Source of the DNA: an uncultured Acidobacteriota bacterium
GTDB taxonomy: Bacteria; Acidobacteriota; Vicinamibacteria; Marinacidobacterales; SMYC01
Direction of reading: 5' to 3'
Assembly (NCBI GenBank): GCA_964518945.1
Contig: CAZFLB010000020.1
Span: 1-33,203, forward strand
Length of the DNA: 33,203 bases
Part shown: piece after piece, positions 9,610 through 17,624 of the stretch
Numbering within the stretch: the stretch's first letter is position 1
Layout: each line of letters opens with the position of its first letter
Program-made: the position numbers and the translations under genes
Notes under the pieces: model-generated
What the model was told of the DNA's origin: nothing
Database searches by the model: none
What the model saw: only the letters and a program-made list of their open reading frames with translations

Positions 9610-10506
9610 ATGGCACTTTTTCTTAGCGCTGAACTTTTATTAACGCTGATGTTCACACAGCCTTTAGATTCTTCTCGACAGTTTCTTCGAAGTCAATTTG
9701 AGACCACAGTCGGTAGTCTTGCTCAGAGTATCGATGGTGTAGTAGGAGTTTCTGTGAAAGCCCTTGATACGGGAGAGAGCTTTTCATTGAATGGAGATGT
9801 GGTTTTCACACAGGCCAGTGCAATTAAATTGCCGGTACTCATTGAATTTCTTCTACAAGTTGAAGAGGGTCGCTACGAACTTGAAGAATTAGTGTTCCTT
9901 GAATCGCAAGATATTGTTGGCGGATCCGGTATTTTAAAACAACTTACTCCCGGAAAAGTTCGTATGACGCTTAGGGACCTTGCAACACTCATGATCTCAG
10001 TCAGCGATAATACTGCGACGAATATGGTGATTGATCGCGTTCAAATGGACCGTGTCAATGAGACGATGTTGCAGTTTGGACTTACTCAAACAAAGTTACA
10101 GAGAAAGATGTTGGATAGAGAAGCTTGGACGACAGACCGTGAAAATCTTTCCACGCCAAATGAGCAAATGAAGCTATTAGAATTCATTTACAACGGAAAG
10201 AAAAATCAGATTAGCTTGGCTTCGCGACAGGAAATTTTGCGCATTTTGTCAATTTCGAAGCCAGGTCGGATTAAGGATAAATTACCCAGTGGTACGCGTG
10301 TGGCTCATAAGACAGGTTCTGTTCCAGGCGTTGTGGTTGACGTAGGCATTGTTTATTTGGAGACGAGCGCGTTCATCATTACGATTATGGGAAACTGGCT
10401 TGTGAGTGAGACGCATGCGGCAGAAGTGATGTCCCAGATTGCTCTGAAGACCTATGAATATTTTGACCGGTTATCAAACTCTAATAGTTATGGTCACAAA
10501 AAGTGA
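9610..10506 (+). CDS. Class-A beta-lactamase-fold serine hydrolase (function not assignable to beta-lactam resistance)
   Basis: ORF 9595..10506. AAGGA lies 6 nt before the ATG at 9610; 9604 is an alternative start. SxxK motif (ASAIKLP), SDN motif (SVSDNTATN) and KTG motif (AHKTGS) occur in the class-A order and spacing. An omega-loop ExxLN is not clearly conserved. Confidence 0.75.
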   Translation: MALFLSAELLLTLMFTQPLDSSRQFLRSQFETTVGSLAQSIDGVVGVSVKALDTGESFSLNGDVVFTQASAIKLPVLIEFLLQVEEGRYELEELVFLESQDIVGGSGILKQLTPGKVRMTLRDLATLMISVSDNTATNMVIDRVQMDRVNETMLQFGLTQTKLQRKMLDREAWTTDRENLSTPNEQMKLLEFIYNGKKNQISLASRQEILRILSISKPGRIKDKLPSGTRVAHKTGSVPGVVVDVGIVYLETSAFIITIMGNWLVSETHAAEVMSQIALKTYEYFDRLSNSNSYGHKK

Positions 10507-10681
10507 TTGCTATAGCTCTCGAATCGAGGAACAGCTCCCTTATGGTTTGATAAAACTGACGACGTTTTGAAAGTCGGTCCTTCCTGTCGTATTCTCAAAA
10601 AGCTTTGATGTCAAGTAAATCATTAAGACTTAATTTGAATCCTTGATTCGTTTTTCGGTATTGACTTGAAGAACTTTTTGT

Positions 10682-11941
10682 ATGATTAGTTGTATTGTGT
10701 TTAGTGCGCTAAGTGTATTGTTGATACTCGGGGCAAATCAGGAATACTTGCCAGACCTGCCTATAGATCACAAGGCAATTCAGTATGTTGATAAAAAAGT
10801 TAATGATCCTGTTGCAAACCTATCAAAAAAAATTACTAATGGTCAGATCTTGTTGGAACCACACAATAGCAAATTAGGTCGACTTGGAGAGTTACTTGAA
10901 TACCTTAACGTAAAAGTGGACACCCAAGGATTGGTATTCTCAAAAACCAGTTTCCAAGCATCTGTTATCTCACCAGATAACCCTCGTGCAATTTACTTCA
11001 GTGATGAAGTTGCGGTTGCATTTGTTCGAGGCAGTGACCTGATTGAGATTGCTGCAACTGATCCAATACAGGGGCCGATTTTTTATACCGCCGATCTTAG
11101 AGAAGTAAATGTTGAGGGATTTCAACGTAGAAAAGTGTGTTTGCAGTGCCACTTGGGACCTGCTACTTCTGGTGTCCCAGGCTTGTTTGTTGGGTCTGTT
11201 TTTCCAGGACCGCTTGGAAATCCGTCGCCTCATGGCGCGATTATAACGGACCATCGGACACCATTCGAAGACCGATGGGGAGGATGGTACGTTAATGCCG
11301 TTCGTGGCCAACAATTGGATCGGTCGAATGCAGTAGCTTCTAGTCCTGCCGAACCATTGCGGTTAGATCAGGATCAAGGGCAGAATTTGGTCCACTTGTA
11401 CGGAAAAATTGATTCGAGGGGCTATCTCGCTTCAGTTAGCGATATCGTGGCTTTAATGACATTTGAACACCAAACACAAATGCAAAACTTTATTACTCGA
11501 ATTAGTTGGCTGGAACGAATCAGGGATTCCGAATCTGATACCACTTCGAGCACATTTTCTCGAATAGATAATGAAATAGATTCTCTAATTTTTTACATGG
11601 TTTTTGGAAATGAAGTTCCATTACCAGAACCCTTAGAAGGCGTTTCTACGTTCACGGAAACTTTTCCGTCTCGAGGACCCCGTGATGAAAAAGGACGTTC
11701 ACTGCGAGACTTCGATCTTCAGAAACGATTATTTCGGTACCCTTTGAGCTACATGGTTTATAGCAGGTCGTTCGATCAGCTTCCTTTTCGAGTAAAAGCA
11801 GTGATTTTTCGAAAACTCTATGACATTTTGACCGGAGAAACAGGGAGTGCATCATTTGATCACTTAGGAGAGAAAGACCGTCACGACATTTTTTCAATTC
11901 TCCTTCAAACAAAGCCAGACCTTCCAGATTATTGGCATTAA
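10682..11941 (+). CDS. Hypothetical exported or anchored protein with a single CxxCH haem-c binding motif
   Basis: 419-aa ORF. N-terminal hydrophobic segment MISCIVFSALSVLLILGA. Motif RRKVCLQCHLGP. The conserved-looking blocks LVFSKTSFQASVISPDNPRAIYF and TDHRTPFEDRWGGWYV recall an uncharacterised family I associate with Acidobacteria-like genomes (from memory only). Confidence 0.6.
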   Translation: MISCIVFSALSVLLILGANQEYLPDLPIDHKAIQYVDKKVNDPVANLSKKITNGQILLEPHNSKLGRLGELLEYLNVKVDTQGLVFSKTSFQASVISPDNPRAIYFSDEVAVAFVRGSDLIEIAATDPIQGPIFYTADLREVNVEGFQRRKVCLQCHLGPATSGVPGLFVGSVFPGPLGNPSPHGAIITDHRTPFEDRWGGWYVNAVRGQQLDRSNAVASSPAEPLRLDQDQGQNLVHLYGKIDSRGYLASVSDIVALMTFEHQTQMQNFITRISWLERIRDSESDTTSSTFSRIDNEIDSLIFYMVFGNEVPLPEPLEGVSTFTETFPSRGPRDEKGRSLRDFDLQKRLFRYPLSYMVYSRSFDQLPFRVKAVIFRKLYDILTGETGSASFDHLGEKDRHDIFSILLQTKPDLPDYWH

Positions 11942-11966
11942 CGTTACGATATAATCATTGTTCTCA

Positions 11967-12923
11967 ATGTCTAAAGCCTTGTTTATTGTCTGGTTTTTTC
12001 TGGTAAGTGCTGTGCCTGCTTTGGCACGTATCGACTTACTAGAAAAATTGATGCAAGATCCGTTTCGAATTGATGATGCCATTGGTTGTATTTCTTGTCA
12101 TCAGAATGAAAGTGGAGGAGGTCCACTTACTGAGTTTGGTCAAGCATTTGACGGTGAGGGACAGATGATTACCCCTATGTTGCGGGCACAATTTCAGGAG
12201 TTTTTTGGTTTTCATTCAACGCGACTAGCGAGTGGTCTCAGAATTCATTTTTCAGATCCAGAGAATAAGTATGCTGTTTTTGAACGTGATGAAAATAAGT
12301 TTCTCGTTGATTTGAACTCGTTGTCAAAAGAGCCTGAGGCAGTTTTGTTGCCTCCGAATAACCTCTTGACGTTTTTTGTGGCAAGTAAAGGATTGGGAAG
12401 AGGAGGTCATCTTTCTGGTCTGGCGGGCGCAGATAGCCATTGTCAGTCTTTGGCCGAGTCTGCTGGTAGCGGAGATATAACGTGGCGTGCCTATTTGAGC
12501 ACGAGCTTTAATGGTAAGTCAGCTATTAACGCTGGTGACCGTATTGGATCGGGTCCTTGGTTTAACTCAATTGGGCAAATAGTTGCGAAGGGAGTTAGTG
12601 ACCTGCATGAAAACAGCCGTTTAGGGAAGACTCCGCTTTTAACCGAAAAAGGTGAAGTTGTTAAAGGACGTAGCGATAATTTAAACCACCACGATATTCT
12701 TACGGGCACTCTTGAAAACGGCACAGCAGCAGTGGGGATGAATTGCCAGAACTGGACTAGTGATGATGATGAATATTCTGCAATGGTTAGTCATCATGAG
12801 ATTGGTGGTAAGGACGGAAACAACAAGTCATCGAATTCATCCCATGTATCTAATGGCTGCAGTCAGGAAGCGTTTCGTGCTACTAGTGGGGAGAGCTTGT
12901 TATACTGTTTTGCTGCTCAATGA
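11967..12923 (+). CDS. Hypothetical secreted protein: N-terminal CxxCH motif plus a C-terminal endostatin/DUF1554-like domain
   Basis: ORF 11958..12923. The ATG at 11967 gives signal peptide MSKALFIVWFFLVSAVPALA. Motif GCISCHQNESGGGPLTEFG. The C-terminal about 190 aa follow the endostatin-like pattern (GLAGADSHCQ..., WRAYLST, HHDILTGTLENGTA...CQNWTS, LLYCFA). The gene starts 25 nt after the previous one. Confidence 0.6.
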   Translation: MSKALFIVWFFLVSAVPALARIDLLEKLMQDPFRIDDAIGCISCHQNESGGGPLTEFGQAFDGEGQMITPMLRAQFQEFFGFHSTRLASGLRIHFSDPENKYAVFERDENKFLVDLNSLSKEPEAVLLPPNNLLTFFVASKGLGRGGHLSGLAGADSHCQSLAESAGSGDITWRAYLSTSFNGKSAINAGDRIGSGPWFNSIGQIVAKGVSDLHENSRLGKTPLLTEKGEVVKGRSDNLNHHDILTGTLENGTAAVGMNCQNWTSDDDEYSAMVSHHEIGGKDGNNKSSNSSHVSNGCSQEAFRATSGESLLYCFAAQ

Positions 12924-12973
12924 TTCAGTGAAATGATTGCTTGGCTCAGTTCCTTTTCGCCAGTACGCTGAAA

Positions 12974-13789
12974 CTAGTCTCTGACGATTTTTGTTTTAAA
13001 GTTTCCCGGAAGACTTACTTCGAGAAGCTGTAAGTTCTCAGAGCAGTTACTGTACTTATAATTCTTGGCAGGAGGGAGTACGCAAGCATCTCCCGTGGAG
13101 AGTGTATCTATATTGATACGTTCGTGTGTGAGGGTCAGACTCCCAGATAGAATGCAGACGAACAACAATGCTGCATTGTGGCACCACTCTTGTTCAGGAT
13201 ACCTTGTGTCACTTTTGACTATGTGAACACTTGCAAATCCTTTTGTAGCAGAATTGATACCTGTGTCCCGTGAGTTGAAGCCACTGATCCGATAGGGTTT
13301 CCATTTCGCATTTGAGATTTGGTGGTGTAAAAAACGTTGCCCACCAAATTCACGGGGAAGACGCGGTCTGGGTGTTGGTAATGAAAGACTACGGTCACTG
13401 AAGGTCTTATGATTTGCTGGATAACTGACCTCTACTACTTCCAGATTTGCTGAACTTTCTAAAACACGGTGTCGAATAGATGGAGGCTGCAGAATGCAGT
13501 CTCCAGCTTTCATAACTAATGGTGGACCTTGGTCTTCATAAACTATTCGAACCCAACCTTTCCAGCAATAAATTACTTGCAATAAAGTGTCATGGTAATG
13601 AACGTAGTCTGAAACTTTGCCAGCATCGGGAATACGAATATGAAATGCGATTAAACTTTCGTTTTTTTCAGTAGAAATAAGGTCACGATATAGCATGCCG
13701 ACGCGACCTTTAGTCCAAGGTGAAGCTTCTTTGTATTTGTTTACCGTGAACGACGATTGTATTAGAGGTGCCTTTATATTTTGCGGCAT
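12974..13789 (-). CDS. Cupin-domain protein (apparent bicupin)
   Basis: 271-aa ORF. Cupin-like motifs YVHYHDTLLQVIYCWKGWVRIVYED...GDCILQPPSIRHRV. A second, weaker repeat reads WCHNAALLFVCILSGSLTLTHE...GDACVLPP. Confidence 0.55.
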   Translation of the reverse strand: MPQNIKAPLIQSSFTVNKYKEASPWTKGRVGMLYRDLISTEKNESLIAFHIRIPDAGKVSDYVHYHDTLLQVIYCWKGWVRIVYEDQGPPLVMKAGDCILQPPSIRHRVLESSANLEVVEVSYPANHKTFSDRSLSLPTPRPRLPREFGGQRFLHHQISNAKWKPYRISGFNSRDTGINSATKGFASVHIVKSDTRYPEQEWCHNAALLFVCILSGSLTLTHERINIDTLSTGDACVLPPAKNYKYSNCSENLQLLEVSLPGNFKTKIVRD

Positions 13790-13881
13790 TTTTTATTAGA
13801 GCCTAGCATCAATAATCAGTCAGTGCTAAGTTACAATTCTGATCATATTGAGAAAAGTTCATAGGGGGCGTCAATTTGATG

Positions 13882-13928
13882 AAAGCCTATCTAAGAGTGT
13901 CGGACAACGCTTAGGCTTTGCATTTTTT
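13882..13928 (+). terminator. Intrinsic-terminator-like hairpin plus T6, upstream of the SDR gene with no same-strand gene ahead of it
   Basis: AAAGCCTA (13882-13889) pairs with TAGGCTTT (13912-13919); the stem can be extended by AG/CT across a small bulge. It is followed by GCA and TTTTTT (13923-13928). It ends 11 nt before the ATG at 13940. Confidence 0.35.
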
Positions 13929-13939
13929 GAGTAGCATAT

Positions 13940-14731
13940 ATGGCTCGGGTTCTTGTTGCTGGTTTTGGTTATCTCGGTAAGGCTCTTGGTCATCTCCTAG
14001 TTGAGGAAGGGCACAATGTCTTTGGCCTGAGGCGAAAAATTGATAACAGTTCAAAGATTTTTCAAATTTCTGCAGATGTTTCTGATCGTTCGAGCCTCAA
14101 GGATCTTCCTTCTAACCTAGACTTTGTTTTTTTTACTGCGGCACCAGATGCTTCTGACGAAAAGGCATACCGAGAGCTTTATATTAAAGGTCTTCGTAAT
14201 TTGTCAGAAGTACTTGCTCCGACACCGATTTTATTCACTTCGAGTACATCGGTTTATGGACAGGATAGCGGTGAATCGATTTGTGAAAATTCCGTAACTG
14301 CACCTAGAGGCTTCCGCGGCCAAGTACTTTTGGAAGCCGAATCTTTTGCTAGTTCGACTTTAAGGCTGGCAGGAATTTATGGCCCAGGTCGATCCCGTTC
14401 ACTTGATGTCATTCGTAGTGGGGAAGCGACATACACACCGGGGAAAATACTTAATTGGATACATCGTGATGATGCAGCTGCTGCCTTAAGTCATCTGATG
14501 GGTTTCTTTGCAAGAGAACAAATGTACATTGGTGTTGATTCAGAGCCTATTGATAGTGAGGTTTTCTACAAATGGCTTGCTAAGATCTCTCAAAGTCCTA
14601 TACCTAGGAAGGGCCCTCTTGCAGGTAAAAACAAACGGTTATCTAATCTCAAGTTAAGAGGAACCGGTTTTCAGTTTAAGTATCCGACTTTTCGAGACGG
14701 GTTTCAGGCGCTGTTATCTATTGATGAATAG
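13940..14731 (+). CDS. NAD(P)-binding Rossmann-fold protein, atypical extended-SDR/epimerase-like
   Basis: 263-aa ORF. N-terminal VLVAGFGYLGKAL dinucleotide-binding motif. SSTSVYGQ and LAGIYGPGR blocks resemble extended SDRs. I do not see a canonical YxxxK at the expected position. Confidence 0.65.
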   Translation: MARVLVAGFGYLGKALGHLLVEEGHNVFGLRRKIDNSSKIFQISADVSDRSSLKDLPSNLDFVFFTAAPDASDEKAYRELYIKGLRNLSEVLAPTPILFTSSTSVYGQDSGESICENSVTAPRGFRGQVLLEAESFASSTLRLAGIYGPGRSRSLDVIRSGEATYTPGKILNWIHRDDAAAALSHLMGFFAREQMYIGVDSEPIDSEVFYKWLAKISQSPIPRKGPLAGKNKRLSNLKLRGTGFQFKYPTFRDGFQALLSIDE

Positions 14732-14752
14732 AGAAAGTCGAGATCTAACTCA

Positions 14753-15523
14753 GTGGACATAAAAGAATTTCGATCTACAGTAAGGAACGGTGTTTTTGCT
14801 AGTACGACGACCGGTTTGTGTAGTGAAAACATCCATACGAATCTAGTTGTCCTTCCTCGGTCTCAGGCTATAGATTTTCGAAGATTTTGCGAACTTAACC
14901 CTGGGCCATGCCCTTTAGTCGAGGAAACTCTGCCAGGAAGCTTTGTTCCAGTAAGGAGTGCGCCAGAGGCAGATTTGAGGACCGATCTTCCGCTTTATAG
15001 AGTTTACCGGCATGGCAAACTCTATGCTGAAGTTAGAGATGTCGTTTCATTTTGGAGAGATGATTTGGTTAGTTTCCTTATTGGATGTAGTTTTAATTTT
15101 GAGGAAGCTTTAATTGCTGCTGGTATACCGATGAGACATCAGTCCGAGAGCAAGGTTGTACCGATGTATGTAACGAGTATTCAGTGTAAAGAAGTGGGTG
15201 TTTTTTCAGGGCCTCTTGTTGTATCGATGCGCCCTATTCCAATAGTTCGAGTTGATGAAGTTTGCTCTATTACGAAACGCTGTTCTTTATCACATGGTGA
15301 ACCATTGCACGTAGGCGAGGCTTCAGCTCTAGGTATTGTTGATATTGAAAAACCTGAATACGGAGAGTCTGTTACGATCCAAGATGGTGAAGTTCCTGTG
15401 TTTTGGGCTTGTGGGGTTACACCACAAGCTGTCGCGCAGCACGCAGCTCTGGAATTTCTAATTACACATGCCCCTGGGCACATGTTTGTTACTGATTTGA
15501 GAACAAGTCTTGCTGTTTACTAA
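14753..15523 (+). CDS. DUF1445-family putative hydro-lyase (YcsI / D-glutamate-cyclase-like)
   Basis: 256-aa ORF with a GTG start, 21 nt after the SDR gene. Strong family blocks: NLVVLPRSQAIDFRRFCELNPGPCPLV, WRDDLVSFLIGCSFNFEEALIAAGIPMRH, GPLVVSMRPIP, GEVPVFWACGVTPQAV, ITHAPGHMFVTDL. Confidence 0.85.
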   Translation: MDIKEFRSTVRNGVFASTTTGLCSENIHTNLVVLPRSQAIDFRRFCELNPGPCPLVEETLPGSFVPVRSAPEADLRTDLPLYRVYRHGKLYAEVRDVVSFWRDDLVSFLIGCSFNFEEALIAAGIPMRHQSESKVVPMYVTSIQCKEVGVFSGPLVVSMRPIPIVRVDEVCSITKRCSLSHGEPLHVGEASALGIVDIEKPEYGESVTIQDGEVPVFWACGVTPQAVAQHAALEFLITHAPGHMFVTDLRTSLAVY

Positions 15524-15589
15524 GTTATATTCAGTTGTGTGAATTCTTCTTTGAATATCCAGAATACTTATGGTTAGAGATGAAGGGGG

Positions 15590-15630
15590 CTCCCCTGAGG
15601 CCTTTCTGTGAGGACAAGACCTCAGGGGAG
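15590..15630. terminator. GC-rich hairpin (11-bp perfect stem) in a convergent intergenic region; candidate bidirectional terminator or structured element
   Basis: CTCCCCTGAGG (15590-15600) is the exact reverse complement of CCTCAGGGGAG (15620-15630), with a 19-nt loop. It lies between the convergent stops at 15523 and 15670. No U-tract follows on either strand. Confidence 0.4.
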
Positions 15631-15637
15631 ACCTATC

Positions 15638-15662
15638 GGGCCGAGGGGGTCGTCTCGGTCCC
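15638..15662. terminator. Second GC-rich hairpin adjacent to the first
   Basis: GGGCCGAG (15638-15645) pairs with CTCGGTCCC (15654-15662), with one bulged T and an 8-nt loop. It lies immediately next to the minus-strand stop codon at 15670. No U-tract. Confidence 0.3.
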
Positions 15663-15669
15663 GAGGCTC

Positions 15670-16803
15670 TTAATTACCGATTTGAAAATTTGAATAAGTC
15701 ACTCCAGTTATGGATTCACCCCGTTCTCCAATTCCTAGTTCAATAAAATGTATGCTAGGCAGGTAGGCGTTGTTGTAGTTCACTTGTACTTGTATTTCAC
15801 CGTCTAGGATTACGCTAACCAAGTGCCCATTTCCAGTTGGCCCCCATTGGATGCGCCAATGATAAACATGTTGGGGGTTCCAGCCTAAAAAGTTGCTTCC
15901 CTCATCGTGTTGCTCACCATTTGAAATCCATCGGAGGCGCACGTATGGAGGATTGTGTGGATTTGGGTGAAGTTTTTGTAGGTGGACTCTATAAGGATTG
16001 GTACGATAGTCGCCGGCCGAGGGGTCCCACATACCGAAAAGCATAAATTGATCATGGGAAGGGTTCTCTTCTTGTAAGCCAACAGTATCGAATTCGATCC
16101 AACCTTCTGAGAGAGCGTGCACCTGGTATCGAATGAAGTTGCCGGGTGCAGACACGGTCCAACCTGCTGATCCGAATTGCCCTCCGTGAACTTCACCCAT
16201 GCTACCTCCGCCTGTCAACGGATCTGATATCAGAGTTCCTTCCGGCGTTGGTGGTGGCGTTGGTGGTGGCGTTGGTGGTGATTCATTGCTTTCTCCGGAG
16301 CTCTCCTCCCCTTGGTTTCCAATAACCATTTTCGCTGTTGTTGAGAACGGACTTTCATCGACTCCTGATGTTGCTCTTACTCTCCAGAAATATTGACCGT
16401 TGATTAGTGGTGTGTCGACTGGCCAGGAGGTGTGGCCATCTGAACCTTCCGGTATTTGTTCGGACTGGGCTGTGAGAACAGAAAAAGCTGTATCTAGCGC
16501 TATTTGAAAAAGATAAGTTTTTGTGTTTGTGCCTAGATGGGCTGAATTAAGTACCGTTAGGGTCGGTTGAGCAGTCGAAACAGTACTACCGGGAAGTGGG
16601 TCTGAGACAACTGGTGCTGTTAAACGATTTTCGCTGTTGCCGAGAATTGCTCCAACTGCACTACTTACAGCGTCGTCTACCCCCGTCGGACTTGTTGGTA
16701 GTAGTGCCTCTTCTAACTTACAAGAAGCGGCCAAAAAACAGAGGGTGAGGATAGTGCATGCTAGTTTTGTATGAAATCTGAGCTGTTTTTGTTGGCCTAT
16801 CAC
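15670..16803 (-). CDS. Exported (possibly lipo-)protein: N-terminal beta-sandwich-like domain, (PPTP)3 linker, C-terminal lectin/glucanase-like domain
   Basis: ORF track gives 15670..16935, but the first 44 aa are not signal-like. An in-frame GTG at 16803 gives M-IGQQKQLRFHTKLACTILTLCFLAASC, a signal peptide with a lipobox-like AASC. The N-terminal domain has the pattern QPTLTVLN...YLFQIALDTAF...GQYFWRVRA. The domain assignments are guesses. Confidence 0.6.
   Translation of the reverse strand: MIGQQKQLRFHTKLACTILTLCFLAASCKLEEALLPTSPTGVDDAVSSAVGAILGNSENRLTAPVVSDPLPGSTVSTAQPTLTVLNSAHLGTNTKTYLFQIALDTAFSVLTAQSEQIPEGSDGHTSWPVDTPLINGQYFWRVRATSGVDESPFSTTAKMVIGNQGEESSGESNESPPTPPPTPPPTPEGTLISDPLTGGGSMGEVHGGQFGSAGWTVSAPGNFIRYQVHALSEGWIEFDTVGLQEENPSHDQFMLFGMWDPSAGDYRTNPYRVHLQKLHPNPHNPPYVRLRWISNGEQHDEGSNFLGWNPQHVYHWRIQWGPTGNGHLVSVILDGEIQVQVNYNNAYLPSIHFIELGIGERGESITGVTYSNFQIGN
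16244..16279. repeat. Perfect 3 x 12-bp tandem repeat (GGCGTTGGTGGT) encoding the (PPTP)3 linker on the minus strand
   Basis: Read directly: 16244-16255, 16256-16267 and 16268-16279 are identical. The minus-strand translation is PPTPPPTPPPTP, inside CDS 15670..16803. Confidence 0.9.
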
Positions 16804-17078
16804 AAACCCAATCCTCAATGGAATAACATAGATAGTATGAACAAATTGGAGAACCAGTCCGGATGAAACTCTAGATGTATTGGTTCTCCAATCTATTCGA
16901 ACAAAAACTTTACACTGAAGATCTAGATATTGCAATAGTTTTAATGCATTTACCTAAAGTTTTACTTTATATTTTTTGTTTATTACAAGGGTAGGAGTGC
17001 TAAGAAAAAGACATAGTTATTGGATAATATTGAGCTCTACACGAGAAGAAGATACAGTTGTAAAGTCTTTCGTTCTTC

Positions 17079-17624
17079 TCAGCGTGTGATGAGTTGTGAC
17101 AAATCTAAATCTTCTAGGCTAGGGTGGGTTTGATCACGTGCTGATAAAATCGGTGAAGAAATTGGCCAGTCAATGTTAATTCTTTTATCATCCCATCTCA
17201 AACCGCCCTCTTCTTTGGGACGGTAAATGTCGCTAGTTTTGTACCATACGTCTGCTTCTTCTGAGAGGACACAAAAACCATGTGCGAAACCAGCAGGCAA
17301 ATACAATTGTTTGCCGTTATCTCTGCTTAGGTGCGTACCTTCCCAAGATCCGAATTGACTGGAATTAGGTCTAATGTCTACTACTACGTCAAAGATTTCT
17401 CCTCTCACCACGGTGACTAGCTTAGCCTGTCGTTGCTGAAAGTGTAGACCTCGCAGTACGTGTCTTTTTGAGTTCGAAAAATTGTCTTGGATAAACGGAC
17501 CGCAAACTCCAGCATGGTCGTACAGTTCTTGACGAAAAGTCTCAGAAAAAAAACCGCGGTCGTCTACAAAGCGTTTGGGTTCTAGAATGAGTACGGCATC
17601 AAGTGAGGTGTTTTCGACCTTCAT
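17079..17624 (-). CDS. rfbC: dTDP-4-dehydrorhamnose 3,5-epimerase
   Basis: 181-aa [20 protein letters not shown] and [11 protein letters not shown] are typical RmlC blocks. It overlaps rfbA by 4 nt (ATGA). Confidence 0.9.
   Translation of the reverse strand: MKVENTSLDAVLILEPKRFVDDRGFFSETFRQELYDHAGVCGPFIQDNFSNSKRHVLRGLHFQQRQAKLVTVVRGEIFDVVVDIRPNSSQFGSWEGTHLSRDNGKQLYLPAGFAHGFCVLSEEADVWYKTSDIYRPKEEGGLRWDDKRINIDWPISSPILSARDQTHPSLEDLDLSQLITR

Noticed and set aside
9610-10506. The class-A beta-lactamase-like gene, considered as an antibiotic-resistance determinant.
   Set aside because: SxxK, SDN and KTG are present, but the omega-loop ExxLN is not clearly conserved. The genomic context is peptide hydrolases, in an operon with an M1 aminopeptidase. 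Many such environmental homologues are generic serine hydrolases, so a resistance claim is not supportable from sequence alone.
17043-17080. An 8-bp inverted repeat (GAGAAGAA / TTCTTCTC) overlapping the rfbC stop codon, considered as a terminator.
   Set aside because: It has a 22-nt loop and a purine/pyrimidine-tract stem of modest stability. No U-tract follows on the minus strand, so it is not convincing as an intrinsic terminator.
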